From positions 62,058 to 126,057 of the forward strand of contig CAZHTF010000002.1 in the NCBI GenBank assembly GCA_964535305.1: a DNA stretch of 64,000 bases, in the 5' to 3' direction. The notes below the pieces were generated by a model that worked only from the letters and a program-made list of their open reading frames with translations, ran no database searches and was not told where the DNA came from. Positions 53,300 to 62,698 of the stretch are shown here, one piece after another. Position 1 is the first letter of the stretch, and each line of letters opens with the position of its first letter. A program made the position numbers and the translations under genes. This DNA comes from an uncultured Planctomycetales bacterium (lineage in GTDB: Bacteria > Planctomycetota > Phycisphaerae > UBA1845 > Fen-1342).

Positions 53300-54811
53300 T
53301 CAGCGACACGAGCTGCCCCAGGCGCCCAGCAACGTCCCCAGATCGGCCTCGTCGACGCGGGCATCGCCGTTGGTGTCGCCCTGCTCGCGCGTCGCGCCCT
53401 GAAGCTGCCAGTTCGCCAGCAGCAGGCCCAGGTCGGCTTCGTCAACATCGCAATCGCCGCAGCGCGGCTCGATATCCGCGGCCTGGCAACCCGCGCCGGG
53501 GCAGTCGCCGACGCCTCGCATCGCCGTCACCGCAAAGATGCCGATGCGGCCCGCGCCGCTGTAGTCCGCGAAGCTGATGCTGCGGATACGGCGCGTCGGA
53601 TCGGTCGGGAAGGTGACGCGCTTCAGGTAGTAGCCGTCCGCGGGCGACTGTGAAACATCGATCGCCGCGCCATTGCTGCAATGAAACCCGCCGCCCGCAC
53701 GCGACCCGCTTGGCCCAACGGAAAGGTGCGCAGGCAGCGCCGCGCTCACATGCCAATGCTCCAGCGGGAAGTACCGCGGCGAGGAAGCGGCGCGACGGAC
53801 GTTCACCGATTGCGGCGAGCCAGTCTCGTACGTGAGCGTAACGACCAGCCGATCGTTGCTGGTGAAGCTACCGGCGGCGCCGAGCAGCAGCTCGACGCTC
53901 TCGTAGGCGTCGAGCACGCCCTGCGCGGTGAAATCGACGCTCGCGGCACACGAGTGCACACCGTCGTCGATGAGACAGTTATTGGCGGCGCCGGCCAGAC
54001 TCGCACCGCTGGGTCCGCCGAGCTGAAACACATCGAGCTGCCCGTTCTGCGGCAGCCCGCGCGATGTCCCCAGATGACCATTCAGAAGCCAGGCGCGGCC
54101 CGCGCCGTCGAACGCGTAGGGTGTGTCGCTGGCATCGCTGTCGACCACGTCGACGTTGAAGACGCTCTGCAGATCGAGCGCGACCGGGCGCACACAGCTC
54201 GGACTCGACACGAACACAAGCGAGAAATCATCGGACGCGCTGAAGACATCCGACGTGATCCGCAGCTCGCCGGCAAACGTACCGCCGCGGCGTGTCAGCC
54301 AGAGTGGGTGAAAATGGGCCCCGTTCTCGTCGCCGAAAGCATAGTTGTCGCCGTCCTCTTCGAGCAATAGGTTTCCAAATGAGTCGGCGATGGCGAGATT
54401 TTCGCCATCGGGCCAGTAGGTGCGCTGCAGAAACGTACGGAACGCCGCGCCACCGGTAAAGGCGCTGGTCATGGCGTGGCAGGGTGTGCTGGCGTCAACG
54501 AAGTGCACGCCGGGATTGGTGTTGACGTACACGAAGCCGCCGAATTCGGGCCGAGCCAGGATCGCGTTCAGCGCAATACGCGCCAGCGTGCTGGCGGCCC
54601 CGGGCTGCGGCGGCAACCAGTAACCGGCGGGGATTTCGCCGCCGATGGCCGGGTCGTTCAGCAGAAACAGCTTCATGGGCGCCAAGCTCGGGCATGTGCC
54701 AGTGCCGTTGGGGTCGGCCGGGCTGTGCCCGACAGTGATGCCGTTGTGCGCCAGCACGGGCGGCGCAACGAGCGTGACGATCAGCAGTGTGTGGCCGAGC
54801 AATCGCTTCAT
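53300..54811 (-). CDS. secreted protein with a C-terminal double dockerin-like tag
   Basis: I chose the ATG at 54811 (MKRLLGHTLLIVTLVAPPVLA); the upstream part of the track ORF looks non-coding. The tail is CGDCDVDEADLGLLLANW...GDTNGDARVDEADLGTLLGAWGSSCR. Confidence 0.75.
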   Translation of the reverse strand: MKRLLGHTLLIVTLVAPPVLAHNGITVGHSPADPNGTGTCPSLAPMKLFLLNDPAIGGEIPAGYWLPPQPGAASTLARIALNAILARPEFGGFVYVNTNPGVHFVDASTPCHAMTSAFTGGAAFRTFLQRTYWPDGENLAIADSFGNLLLEEDGDNYAFGDENGAHFHPLWLTRRGGTFAGELRITSDVFSASDDFSLVFVSSPSCVRPVALDLQSVFNVDVVDSDASDTPYAFDGAGRAWLLNGHLGTSRGLPQNGQLDVFQLGGPSGASLAGAANNCLIDDGVHSCAASVDFTAQGVLDAYESVELLLGAAGSFTSNDRLVVTLTYETGSPQSVNVRRAASSPRYFPLEHWHVSAALPAHLSVGPSGSRAGGGFHCSNGAAIDVSQSPADGYYLKRVTFPTDPTRRIRSISFADYSGAGRIGIFAVTAMRGVGDCPGAGCQAADIEPRCGDCDVDEADLGLLLANWQLQGATREQGDTNGDARVDEADLGTLLGAWGSSCR

Positions 54812-54872
54812 GAAAATCCACTCCAGAGCCAGGTTGAACAACGACGACGGCGGTTTTCTTCGTAGGCGCTGC

Positions 54873-55619
54873 CTAGGGATTCGGCACACGGAAAGCGGGA
54901 TTCCATTCGTCGCGCAGCAGCTCGGTCTGTTGCGAATCGTAGGCGAATGTCTGCTCAAAAGCGTGCGTGGCGGCATGACCGTCGGCGTACGTGTAATTTT
55001 CTCGACCGCGGTGCCGCCGCAACGCCACTTCCGTGCCTGGCGGCGAGAGCGGCATGCCGGTCAGCGCATTCGGCGTCCAATGGTCGGCGTGGATGTGATC
55101 GCCGCTGGTCTCGACGCCGCTGGTGTCGACGAATTCGCCGAAATGAATCGCGCTTGACGAATATCGGATCAGGCCGCGGGCCGAATAGCCGTAGCGCGGC
55201 GTCATGTCGATCGAACCCGGCGGCGGAAGTTGCCGCGGCGAGATGTAAATGTTGATCGCGTAGCTGTTGAGCCGATCGTTGATCAGTTGTTGCGCGGGCG
55301 TATCGCTCGGGTTGAACCAGTCGTCGCTGCGATCCGACGGGCAGCGATACAGCAGCTTGTCGCCCGCGTAGGGCAGCAACGTGTTCAGCCAGCCGCCCGC
55401 CTGTGTCAGCCCGCGATTCAGCGGGAACTGGTCGCGGTTGTCGTTGGCGTATAGCGCTGCCGCCACACCCATGTTCCGCATATTGCTCAGGCAAGCGGTG
55501 CGTTTGGCCTGATCGCGAGCCGCGGAAAGGCTCGGGGCCACGATCGCGATCAGCAGCGCGATCACCGCCACCACCACCAGCAACTCGATCAGCGTGAATC
55601 CACGGACGCGGCACGCCAC
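54873..55619 (-). CDS. prepilin-type N-terminal cleavage/methylation protein (DUF1559 / H-X9-DG pseudopilin)
   Basis: I chose the GTG at 55619, which has GGGAG 6 nt upstream. The leader is RGFTLIELLVVVAVIALLIAIVAPSL. The H-X9-DG motif is exact: HRGRENYTYADG. Confidence 0.8.
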   Translation of the reverse strand: MACRVRGFTLIELLVVVAVIALLIAIVAPSLSAARDQAKRTACLSNMRNMGVAAALYANDNRDQFPLNRGLTQAGGWLNTLLPYAGDKLLYRCPSDRSDDWFNPSDTPAQQLINDRLNSYAINIYISPRQLPPPGSIDMTPRYGYSARGLIRYSSSAIHFGEFVDTSGVETSGDHIHADHWTPNALTGMPLSPPGTEVALRRHRGRENYTYADGHAATHAFEQTFAYDSQQTELLRDEWNPAFRVPNP

Positions 55620-55791
55620 GCTTCGCTCCCACGCGTCAAAGCCGATTCGGAATCCTAACTCCGGACAGTTGAAGTACGTAGCCTGGCTTGCCGCGGATTT
55701 CCTGCCCTTACCGAAAATTAGCGCGACCCCTGCCGCGCGAACTTCCTCGTCCAGCGGCGAGCGGTTCGGAGTGTCCGTGGAGGTGCCGACG

Positions 55792-57339
55792 CTACGCAGT
55801 TGTCGCCGGGCGGGCGCTGACCGGCGAGCGCGCAGGTGCATCCGTCCCGCCGCCGTTCAGAAGTTGCTGCCGGGCGTTGAATGCCAGCGCGACGAACAAG
55901 GCGGTCAGCAGCGTCTGGATCGCTAACCCGGACCAGAAGAGGCCAGTTTGATGCGCAACCAGGACAACGCCGATCGGTGAGATCGCGGACGCGATACCAA
56001 ACTGGTAGTCGTTGCGCGCCCCGGACTCAAAGGCGGTGATGTTGACGATCGCGTCGATCAGCAGCGGGGCGAACTTGATTACCAGAGCAATCACCGAGCC
56101 CCACCAGAGCTTCTGCCCACGCGCCGCGCGGCTGTACACCAGCGCCGTGTCCAGTACGCAACTGAGCACCAAAGCCAGCGCGACTGGAATCATCGCCGTC
56201 GGCGTCTGCCAGAGGTAGCTCAGCGCACTGCGCGCCGCCGAGCTCACACCGAAATCCAGCCGGTACAGCAATGCGTACAACGTTCCGACCGCCAACAAGC
56301 CGCACAACAGCGGGACCATCAGCAACACAGCGCGAATCGACTTGAGCGGTGCGCCCAGCGCCGCGCGGCGATCAACGACGCTCAACTCATGCGCCACGCC
56401 CGTCAGGGCGAACTGCGCCACGACCAGCACCGACGCGGCCGACACCAGCGCCTGGGCGAAGTCCTGTGTGTCTTCGAACATCCACGGATGCCCGGCGGAC
56501 AGCGCGCAGCCGGTGATCGCGACAATTGCCCAGAAACTCGTCAGCAACAATCCGAGCAGCGCGGTGAAGGGCGGACCGTCGGGTGTGCGGATCTTAGTGA
56601 TGCAGGCCCGCAGGCAGATACCCGCGAAAATGAGCTGGAATACTGGCGCAATCGCCACCGCACTGGAATCGGTCGACGGTGAAGCCGAAGTGACGATGTT
56701 GTACACGCTCGACGCGCTCAGCACGCCGAAGAGCAGCGCCAGGCCCGGCACGAGCGTGAGCAGCACCCAGCCACCGAAGACGCCGATCAAAATCATTACG
56801 CCCAGGACGTTGGTCTTCCCGGCGGACCCCAGGGCGATGATCAGCGTCAGTGCGGCGATGGCCAGCGCCTGCGTCAACAGCACGATCTGACCGATGTACC
56901 AGCCGCTGAGCGCCAGCGGCGTGCCCAGGCTGTTCGCGTAGTGCGCGCAGAAGAAGCTGCCGATCAGCAAGCTCGTCGCATACAGCAGAAATGCCTGCAC
57001 CGGCGGGCCGGTCATGTAGCCCAGCACGATCTTGGTGCTGCTCATCGGCGAAAGCCGGTGCGATTCGATCATGCCGGTCTGGAAATCGCGCAAGACCGAC
57101 TTGCGCACCGCGCCAGGACCCAACAGAAACAGGAAGAACGCCTGCGCCGCGGTCGTGATCCCCAGCCAGAACGCACTGACCGAACCGTGCTCGGCGGGGG
57201 AAGCCGAGCGATAGCTGAGCAGCGCCCCGGCCAGCGCCAGCAGGATGAAGACGACCACGATGGTCACGTGCGTGCGGATCGTGCCCGACAGCCAGAAGTG
57301 CAGCCGCAGCAGCGGATTCCAAGACATGCTGACGCTCAT
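55792..57339 (-). CDS. polytopic ABC-2-type transporter permease (about 12 TM)
   Basis: It starts 5 nt after the ABC ATPase stop and is hydrophobic throughout. The ABC-2-like loop is ESHRLSPMSSTKIVLGY. Confidence 0.7.
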   Translation of the reverse strand: MSVSMSWNPLLRLHFWLSGTIRTHVTIVVVFILLALAGALLSYRSASPAEHGSVSAFWLGITTAAQAFFLFLLGPGAVRKSVLRDFQTGMIESHRLSPMSSTKIVLGYMTGPPVQAFLLYATSLLIGSFFCAHYANSLGTPLALSGWYIGQIVLLTQALAIAALTLIIALGSAGKTNVLGVMILIGVFGGWVLLTLVPGLALLFGVLSASSVYNIVTSASPSTDSSAVAIAPVFQLIFAGICLRACITKIRTPDGPPFTALLGLLLTSFWAIVAITGCALSAGHPWMFEDTQDFAQALVSAASVLVVAQFALTGVAHELSVVDRRAALGAPLKSIRAVLLMVPLLCGLLAVGTLYALLYRLDFGVSSAARSALSYLWQTPTAMIPVALALVLSCVLDTALVYSRAARGQKLWWGSVIALVIKFAPLLIDAIVNITAFESGARNDYQFGIASAISPIGVVLVAHQTGLFWSGLAIQTLLTALFVALAFNARQQLLNGGGTDAPARSPVSARPATTA

Positions 57340-57343
57340 TGAA

Positions 57344-58285
57344 TCAATCCACCTGTCCGATGCCGGCACGCAGATAAGCCTGCTCGAGATCGGGCTCGAG
57401 CGGGCGAAACTCGGCCACCGGCAGGCCGGCGGCGAGCAGCTTGGTCAATAGCTTAGCCGCCTCCTCGCGGGCGCTGCCGTACTCGAGCACCAGCACGTCG
57501 CCATCGGCCTGGATCCGGGCGATGCCATCGATCTCTTCGAGCCGCGCCGCCAGATCGCCGACGCGCTGCGCCAGCACCACGCGGTAGTTGCAGCGTTCGT
57601 GCGAGGCGGCCCCGGTCACGTGCGCGACCGTGCCGAATTTCAGCAGCGCGCCGCGCTCCATGATCGCGATGTGCGTGCAGTATTCGGCCAGGTCTGCCAG
57701 GATGTGCGACGAGACGATAATCGCTTTGCCCTGGTCACGCAGGCTGGCGAGCAATTGGCGGAACTGAATCCGCCCGGCCGGGTCCAGGCCGGCGGCCGGC
57801 TCATCCAGCAGCACCACGTGCGGATCGGGCAGCAGCGTGCGCGCCACTTGAAGCCGCTGCCGCATGCCGCGCGACAGCGCCGCGATCTTGGCGCCACGCT
57901 TTTCGGTCAGCCACAGTGCTTCGAGCCAGTGGTCGATCCGCTCGTTGGCGACGTTGGCGTTCAGGCTGTAGGCGTCGGCAATGAACCGTAGGAATTGCTC
58001 GACGGTCAGCGCGTCGTAGCTGGCGGGCGTATCCGGGGCGAAGCCCAGGTGCCGCCCAACGCGCGTGGCCTGCGTGCCAACATCGGCGCCCATCACGCGA
58101 ATCTGTCCGCGGGCGAAGTTCTGCAGCCCGGCGCAGGCTCGCAGCGTAGTGGTTTTTCCGGCCCCGTTCGGGCCGATCATGCCCAGCAGCTCGCCGCCGC
58201 CAAGCGAGAAGGAGACATCCGAGACGGCCAGGAAGCGGCCGAACTGCACGTGCAGATGTTCGATTTCGAGCAGCGCGTTGCTCAT
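57344..58285 (-). CDS. ABC transporter ATP-binding protein (ABC-2 exporter type)
   Basis: It starts MSNALLEIEHL. Motifs are Walker A GPNGAGKTT, signature LSRGMRQR and Walker B VVLLDEP. Confidence 0.9.
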   Translation of the reverse strand: MSNALLEIEHLHVQFGRFLAVSDVSFSLGGGELLGMIGPNGAGKTTTLRACAGLQNFARGQIRVMGADVGTQATRVGRHLGFAPDTPASYDALTVEQFLRFIADAYSLNANVANERIDHWLEALWLTEKRGAKIAALSRGMRQRLQVARTLLPDPHVVLLDEPAAGLDPAGRIQFRQLLASLRDQGKAIIVSSHILADLAEYCTHIAIMERGALLKFGTVAHVTGAASHERCNYRVVLAQRVGDLAARLEEIDGIARIQADGDVLVLEYGSAREEAAKLLTKLLAAGLPVAEFRPLEPDLEQAYLRAGIGQVD

Positions 58286-58330
58286 TCGGGCCGACTCCCG
58301 CGCCTCGCTTCCAGGCCTTCGAGGATTATC

Positions 58331-58609
58331 ATGGACGTGCGCGCGGATCTTCACAAGCGACCGCGACGCAGGAGCGCGGGCCATCGGCTCGCGGCGACGA
58401 TCATGGGCGCGTTCTGGCTGCCGCCAATGCTGTTCGGTGGGGTGCTGGTCCTGTTTGGCGTGCTGATTTTCTATCAGCCGGCACTACTGTCCTACCTGGT
58501 GGCATCAGTTTTCGTTCTGGGCGGGCTGACGACCATGTTGCTTGCGTGGCTGATGCGCGGCCGCGTTTCATATCGGCGTGTGGAGTTCTTAGCGCGCGAC
58601 GACGCCTGA
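58331..58609 (+). CDS. small 2-TM membrane protein
   Basis: GAGGA lies 5 nt before the ATG at 58331. The TM helices are FWLPPMLFGGVLVLFGVLIF and LVASVFVLGGLTTMLLAWL. An alternative ATG is at 58403. Confidence 0.45.
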   Translation: MDVRADLHKRPRRRSAGHRLAATIMGAFWLPPMLFGGVLVLFGVLIFYQPALLSYLVASVFVLGGLTTMLLAWLMRGRVSYRRVEFLARDDA

Positions 58610-58717
58610 GCTCCAGGAACTCGACTGCCGCGCGGCGCCGATTTTGAAGCCCAAGCGTACGGCGGGTACAGTTTCGCATTGGTTTTGCCGAGCGATTCTT
58701 CAGGGAGGTGCTGACAC

Positions 58718-59710
58718 ATGCAACGGATTGCATGCCTTGCGAGCTGCGGCTTGCTGGGGCTGTTGCTGGTTGGTTGCAGCTCGTCGGATTCGCGTGAGGT
58801 GCGTCCGCGGCCGTTGCCGGATCCGCTGCTGGCGATTCGGCCGCCGCCTGCGCCGCCGCCGCGGGTCGTGCAGCCGCCGCCGACCAAGCCGCGTGCGACG
58901 CAGCCACCGCCGGCGCCTGCGATCAGCAGGGCCGGTTGGGTTCCGAGCGGCGGCGTGAAGCGCGGCAAGTGGCGCACGATCGTGGTGCACCACTCCGCCA
59001 GCGGCAACTCCAGCCCGCAGGGCATGCATCAGTGGCACCTGCAGCGCGGCTGGGAGAATGGGCTGGGCTACCACTTCGTCATTGGCAACGGCGTGAACTT
59101 CGGCGACGGCGAGGTCTATGTCGGCCCGCGCTGGCGCAGGCAGCAGACCGGGGCGCACTGCAAGAGCAGCTCGGGCACGTTCTTCGGCATTTTCCGACCG
59201 AGCAACTTCTTCAACGAACGCGGAATCGGCATCTGCCTGGTCGGAAACTTCCAGAACGCACGCGCCACGCCTAGCCAGCTCGAGTCGCTCAAGCAGCTCA
59301 CACGATTCCTGTGCAACGAGGCCGGCATCGGTGCGGGCCAGATCTACGGCCACGGCGAAGTCACCGGCGCCACCGAATGCCCAGGCCGCAACCTGAACAT
59401 GTCCGTCGTTCGGCGGAACGCAGGCGCGTCGGTCGCTGCTAACACAGACTGGCTGCAGCGCCTGCCGCTGGTTGCGGAGCTCGGCGAACACGCCGCCATT
59501 GTGTATCGCGCGTTGCAGCAGCCCGCGCTGACGGCCAAGCGGCTGCTCGAACCGATGGACGCGGCGGACGCCCGCGCGCGACACACCTTGCGACATCTGA
59601 TCGGCTTTGAGCACGCCGACCTGTGCGCGACGTGCCATCTTCACGACGTGGATGCCGACGGTTTGGATTTGATCATCCAGCTCTGCAGCGCTGGTGCGAA
59701 TCGCAACTAG
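58718..59710 (+). CDS. N-acetylmuramoyl-L-alanine amidase (amidase_2/PGRP type) lipoprotein
   Basis: The lipobox is in LLLVGCSS. The amidase_2 core runs WRTIVVHHSA...GYHFVIGNG...GAHC...GICLVGNF...IYGHGE...ECPG. The last ~90 aa are not recognisable. Confidence 0.8.
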   Translation: MQRIACLASCGLLGLLLVGCSSSDSREVRPRPLPDPLLAIRPPPAPPPRVVQPPPTKPRATQPPPAPAISRAGWVPSGGVKRGKWRTIVVHHSASGNSSPQGMHQWHLQRGWENGLGYHFVIGNGVNFGDGEVYVGPRWRRQQTGAHCKSSSGTFFGIFRPSNFFNERGIGICLVGNFQNARATPSQLESLKQLTRFLCNEAGIGAGQIYGHGEVTGATECPGRNLNMSVVRRNAGASVAANTDWLQRLPLVAELGEHAAIVYRALQQPALTAKRLLEPMDAADARARHTLRHLIGFEHADLCATCHLHDVDADGLDLIIQLCSAGANRN

Positions 59711-59756
59711 CCTCGCGCGGCTGCGCGCTTCAAAGCCCCTGCAACGATTGTGCGGC

Positions 59757-61130
59757 CTACCGCGCAGAAAGCGAGCGGGCTGCGGCGGGCGTCCGGGACT
59801 CAACCACGATTTCGAGCAGTAGCGCCTTGGCGTCGCGCGAGGCCTCGATCCGCACGCGCTGCCCGATCGGCGTCGCTGAGACGAGATTCAGAAGACCGGT
59901 CGGGTCGTCGACCGTACGTCCGTTGAAGCGCAGCAGCAGATCGCCGGGTAATAAGCCCGCGCGAAACGCAGGCCCATCCGCCTCGACTTCTTGCACCACC
60001 GCGCCGCGCGGCACCTGCAGACCAGCGCGGTCGCGCTCGTCGCTGCGCGGCGTGCGAACGCTCATGCCAAGATAGCCAGCCTGCGACGCGGAACCCAGCA
60101 ACGATTCAATCTTCTCGCGCCGCGCCGGGGTCAGCGGGATCGCGAAGCCCGCGCCGTCGTCGGCGGCATTGCGCGTGTGCATCGCGGTGATCACGCCCAC
60201 CAATTCGCCGCGCACGTTGAACAGTGGCCCGCCGGAGTTTCCCGGATTGATGACGGCGGTGGTTTGGAGCATGTCGTCGTAGGCGCGGTTTTCGCCATCG
60301 CCGAGCCCGGGCAGCCGCCGATCGAGATTGGAGATTACACCGACCGAGAGGCTGGGTTTGCCGTCGCCGCCGAGGCCAAACGGATTGCCCAGCGCCAGCG
60401 TCCACTGCCCGCGCGCGACGCTGCTCCAGTCGCAGAAGCGCGCCGCCGTCAGGCCCATGCGCTGCACGTGCAGGATGGCCAGGTCGGCCCGCGCGTCGGC
60501 GGCATGCACGCGCGCGTCGGCGATCGTGCCATCGTGAAACACGACCTCGATGCGTGCCGCAGTCTGCACCACGTGCTCGTTCGTGAGGATGTACCCGTCC
60601 GCGCGAATCACCGTCCCGCTGCCATTCACGGCAATCAGCGGCTCTTCTCGGCCGGCTGCCGCCTCGGGCGGCAGCGGCAGGCTCGCCCGTCGGCGCTTGA
60701 CGCGCACGCCGACGACGCTGGCCGACGCCCGCTGGGCCACTTCCTCAAACTGACGCTGCATGCGCTCGAGATCCGGAACATCGACCCCGCCCACTTTCGA
60801 ATCGCTGCTCAGCTCGCCCGCGACGCTACCGCGTGCATCCTGCACAAGAACCACGCCCGCCTGCATGGCCGCGATCGGTTTCAGCAGAGCAAGCTGCTGG
60901 GCGGCTGCATCCGGCGCAGCTGCGACGTCACGCGGCCGGGTCGCTTTCTCCGCACGTGCCGCATCTTGCGCAAGCTTCCCTGACCCTGAATCCTGCGGCA
61001 ACGTGGGTGGCGCGGCGCGCTGGCCGCGCATCGGCGTAGCAATCAGCAGGAGTGCAAGCGCGGCGATCAACCCGATGACAACCCGCCGCGTTGCGACGTC
61101 GCTGGTACGGCCCGGTCCAAATTCCGGCAT
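59757..61130 (-). CDS. HtrA/DegP-family serine protease with PDZ domain
   Basis: Catalytic contexts are TNEHVV, DLAILHV and NPGNSGGPLFN. The PDZ region is GAVVQEVEADGPAFRAGLLPGDLLLRFNG. I chose the ATG at 61130 (MPEFGPG... followed by a TM helix). Confidence 0.9.
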   Translation of the reverse strand: MPEFGPGRTSDVATRRVVIGLIAALALLLIATPMRGQRAAPPTLPQDSGSGKLAQDAARAEKATRPRDVAAAPDAAAQQLALLKPIAAMQAGVVLVQDARGSVAGELSSDSKVGGVDVPDLERMQRQFEEVAQRASASVVGVRVKRRRASLPLPPEAAAGREEPLIAVNGSGTVIRADGYILTNEHVVQTAARIEVVFHDGTIADARVHAADARADLAILHVQRMGLTAARFCDWSSVARGQWTLALGNPFGLGGDGKPSLSVGVISNLDRRLPGLGDGENRAYDDMLQTTAVINPGNSGGPLFNVRGELVGVITAMHTRNAADDGAGFAIPLTPARREKIESLLGSASQAGYLGMSVRTPRSDERDRAGLQVPRGAVVQEVEADGPAFRAGLLPGDLLLRFNGRTVDDPTGLLNLVSATPIGQRVRIEASRDAKALLLEIVVESRTPAAARSLSAR

Positions 61131-61400
61131 GGCAGATCGACTCCCCGCGGCGCGACGCCTCAGACAACGCCGCAGCGCTGGCCTGCGGCGCGGAATCACG
61201 CCCCCTCGTTCTTCGGCTGGCGCGACCCAAGCGCTAAATGACAACCATTCCAATCGCCGCGCGGCGTGCTTTGTGCGTCATTCTCGGGCGAGGATTGCGG
61301 CGAGAGCGCGGTTTGGAGTCGGAACTGCGCATCGGAAGCGGTGCGCGCGATTCAGCGCGAGGAGCAGCGGCGCTGCTCGGATCGGCGTGATGACGCCTGA

Positions 61401-62399
61401 TTACGCGCGCGGGTGCGCCTTCTCGTACTGTTCCTTCACGGTCGAAGGCGTCAGGTGCGTGTAGATCTGCGTGGTGCTCAGGCTCTGATGCCCGAGCAGC
61501 TCCTGCAGACTGCGCAGGTCCGCGCCGCGCTGCAGCATGTGCGTCGCGAAGCTGTGCCGGAGCGTGTGCGGGCTGACCGACAAATCCAGCCCCGCTTCCA
61601 GCAGATATTTGTCCAGCTTGCGGCGAACGCTGCGCGTGCTCAGCCGCTGCCCGTGCTTGTTGATGAACAGCGATTCGGCGTCAGCCTGCAGCGCCGGCGT
61701 GCTGCGTCGCCGCAGATCGAGGTAGTGCAGGATGGCGCGAACAGCGCCCGGACCAATCGGCACGACGCGCTCTTTCTTGCCCTTGCCGCGCACGTGCACC
61801 TGGCTGGCGCTGAAATCCATGTCGATCACGTTCAGCGCCACCAACTCGCTGACGCGCATCCCGGTGGTGTAGAGCGTCTCCAGAATCGCGCGATCCCGCG
61901 CGCCCAGAAGCGTGCTGGTGTCACAGTTCGAGAGCAGGCGTTCGATCTGCTCGATCTCAAGATACTTGGGCAAGCGCTTGTCCTGCTTGGGCGTGCGAAT
62001 CGAAGCGACCGGGTTACTGGCGAGCATGCCGCGCCGAACGACAAACTTGAAGAAGCTGCGGAGCGTCGCCAACTTTCGAGCCACGGTGCTCTTGCAGTAA
62101 TTCTGATCGTGAAGCTGCGACATGAAAGTGCGCACGGTCTCGGTGTCGATGGCGAGCAGCCGCTTGTCGAGCTCGCTCGCCGCAACCGATGACGCAAAGG
62201 ACGCGTTGTGACCATTCTCGCCGTGGCTGTGTCCGTGCCCGTTTGGCGCGGGCTTGATCAGCGTCCCGTTGGTTGAGAACAGGTACGCGCAGAACTGGTC
62301 GAGATCGGCGGTGTAGCAGCGGGCGGTGTGCCCGGAGAAATGCCGCTCCGACCGCAGGTACTCGATGAACTGCTGAATGATGTTTGGCTTTTCGTTCAT
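61401..62399 (-). CDS. tyrosine recombinase, XerC/XerD family
   Basis: The N-terminal region is FIEYLRSERHFSGHTARCYTADLDQF. The catalytic region is HTLRHSFATHMLQRGADLRSLQELLGHQSLSTTQIYTH. The ATG is at 62399 (MNEKPNI). Confidence 0.9.
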   Translation of the reverse strand: MNEKPNIIQQFIEYLRSERHFSGHTARCYTADLDQFCAYLFSTNGTLIKPAPNGHGHSHGENGHNASFASSVAASELDKRLLAIDTETVRTFMSQLHDQNYCKSTVARKLATLRSFFKFVVRRGMLASNPVASIRTPKQDKRLPKYLEIEQIERLLSNCDTSTLLGARDRAILETLYTTGMRVSELVALNVIDMDFSASQVHVRGKGKKERVVPIGPGAVRAILHYLDLRRRSTPALQADAESLFINKHGQRLSTRSVRRKLDKYLLEAGLDLSVSPHTLRHSFATHMLQRGADLRSLQELLGHQSLSTTQIYTHLTPSTVKEQYEKAHPRA

Positions 62400-62485
62400 G
62401 GGACGTTCGCTTGCGCGCCTCAGGGGCCGTTTTTTCCTTCCAACTTCTCTGCTGCCGTGCACTCGCGGAAACGCGCGCTGCGTCC

Positions 62486-62698
62486 CTACAGCGCCACCAG
62501 CGTCTCCGTGCTGGGCTCGACACGCCGCCCAAGCTCAAAGCTCAGGATCGCCGCGTCGTACCAGTCAAAGTCGCAGCGCGGGTCTGCGGCCATCTCTACG
62601 AATGTCGCCAGAACCGCGGATTCCTGCCCCTCGAAAAAGCGAAATACGAAGCGGTGCTGGCGCTTCAACAGATTCAAACATCGAACATTGCTGCTCAT
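62486..62698 (-). CDS. hypothetical small protein (70 aa)
   Basis: Its ATG at 62696-62698 overlaps the TGA of the upstream lipoprotein gene (ATGA). Only this C-terminal part of track ORF 62486..63379 looks protein-like. Confidence 0.45.
   Translation of the reverse strand: MSSNVRCLNLLKRQHRFVFRFFEGQESAVLATFVEMAADPRCDFDWYDAAILSFELGRRVEPSTETLVAL

Noticed and set aside
59400-59710. A possible separate gene or frameshift in the unrecognisable last ~90 codons of the amidase ORF
   Set aside because: There is no alternative ORF with better coding character on either strand and no in-frame stop. It is kept as part of the amidase CDS with reduced certainty.
61401-62399. XerC/D recombinase as a marker of an integrated mobile element
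   Set aside because: Its N- and C-terminal motifs match housekeeping Xer recombinases. There is no adjacent tRNA target, flanking direct repeat, phage or transposon gene, or compositional island apart from one short intergenic stretch.
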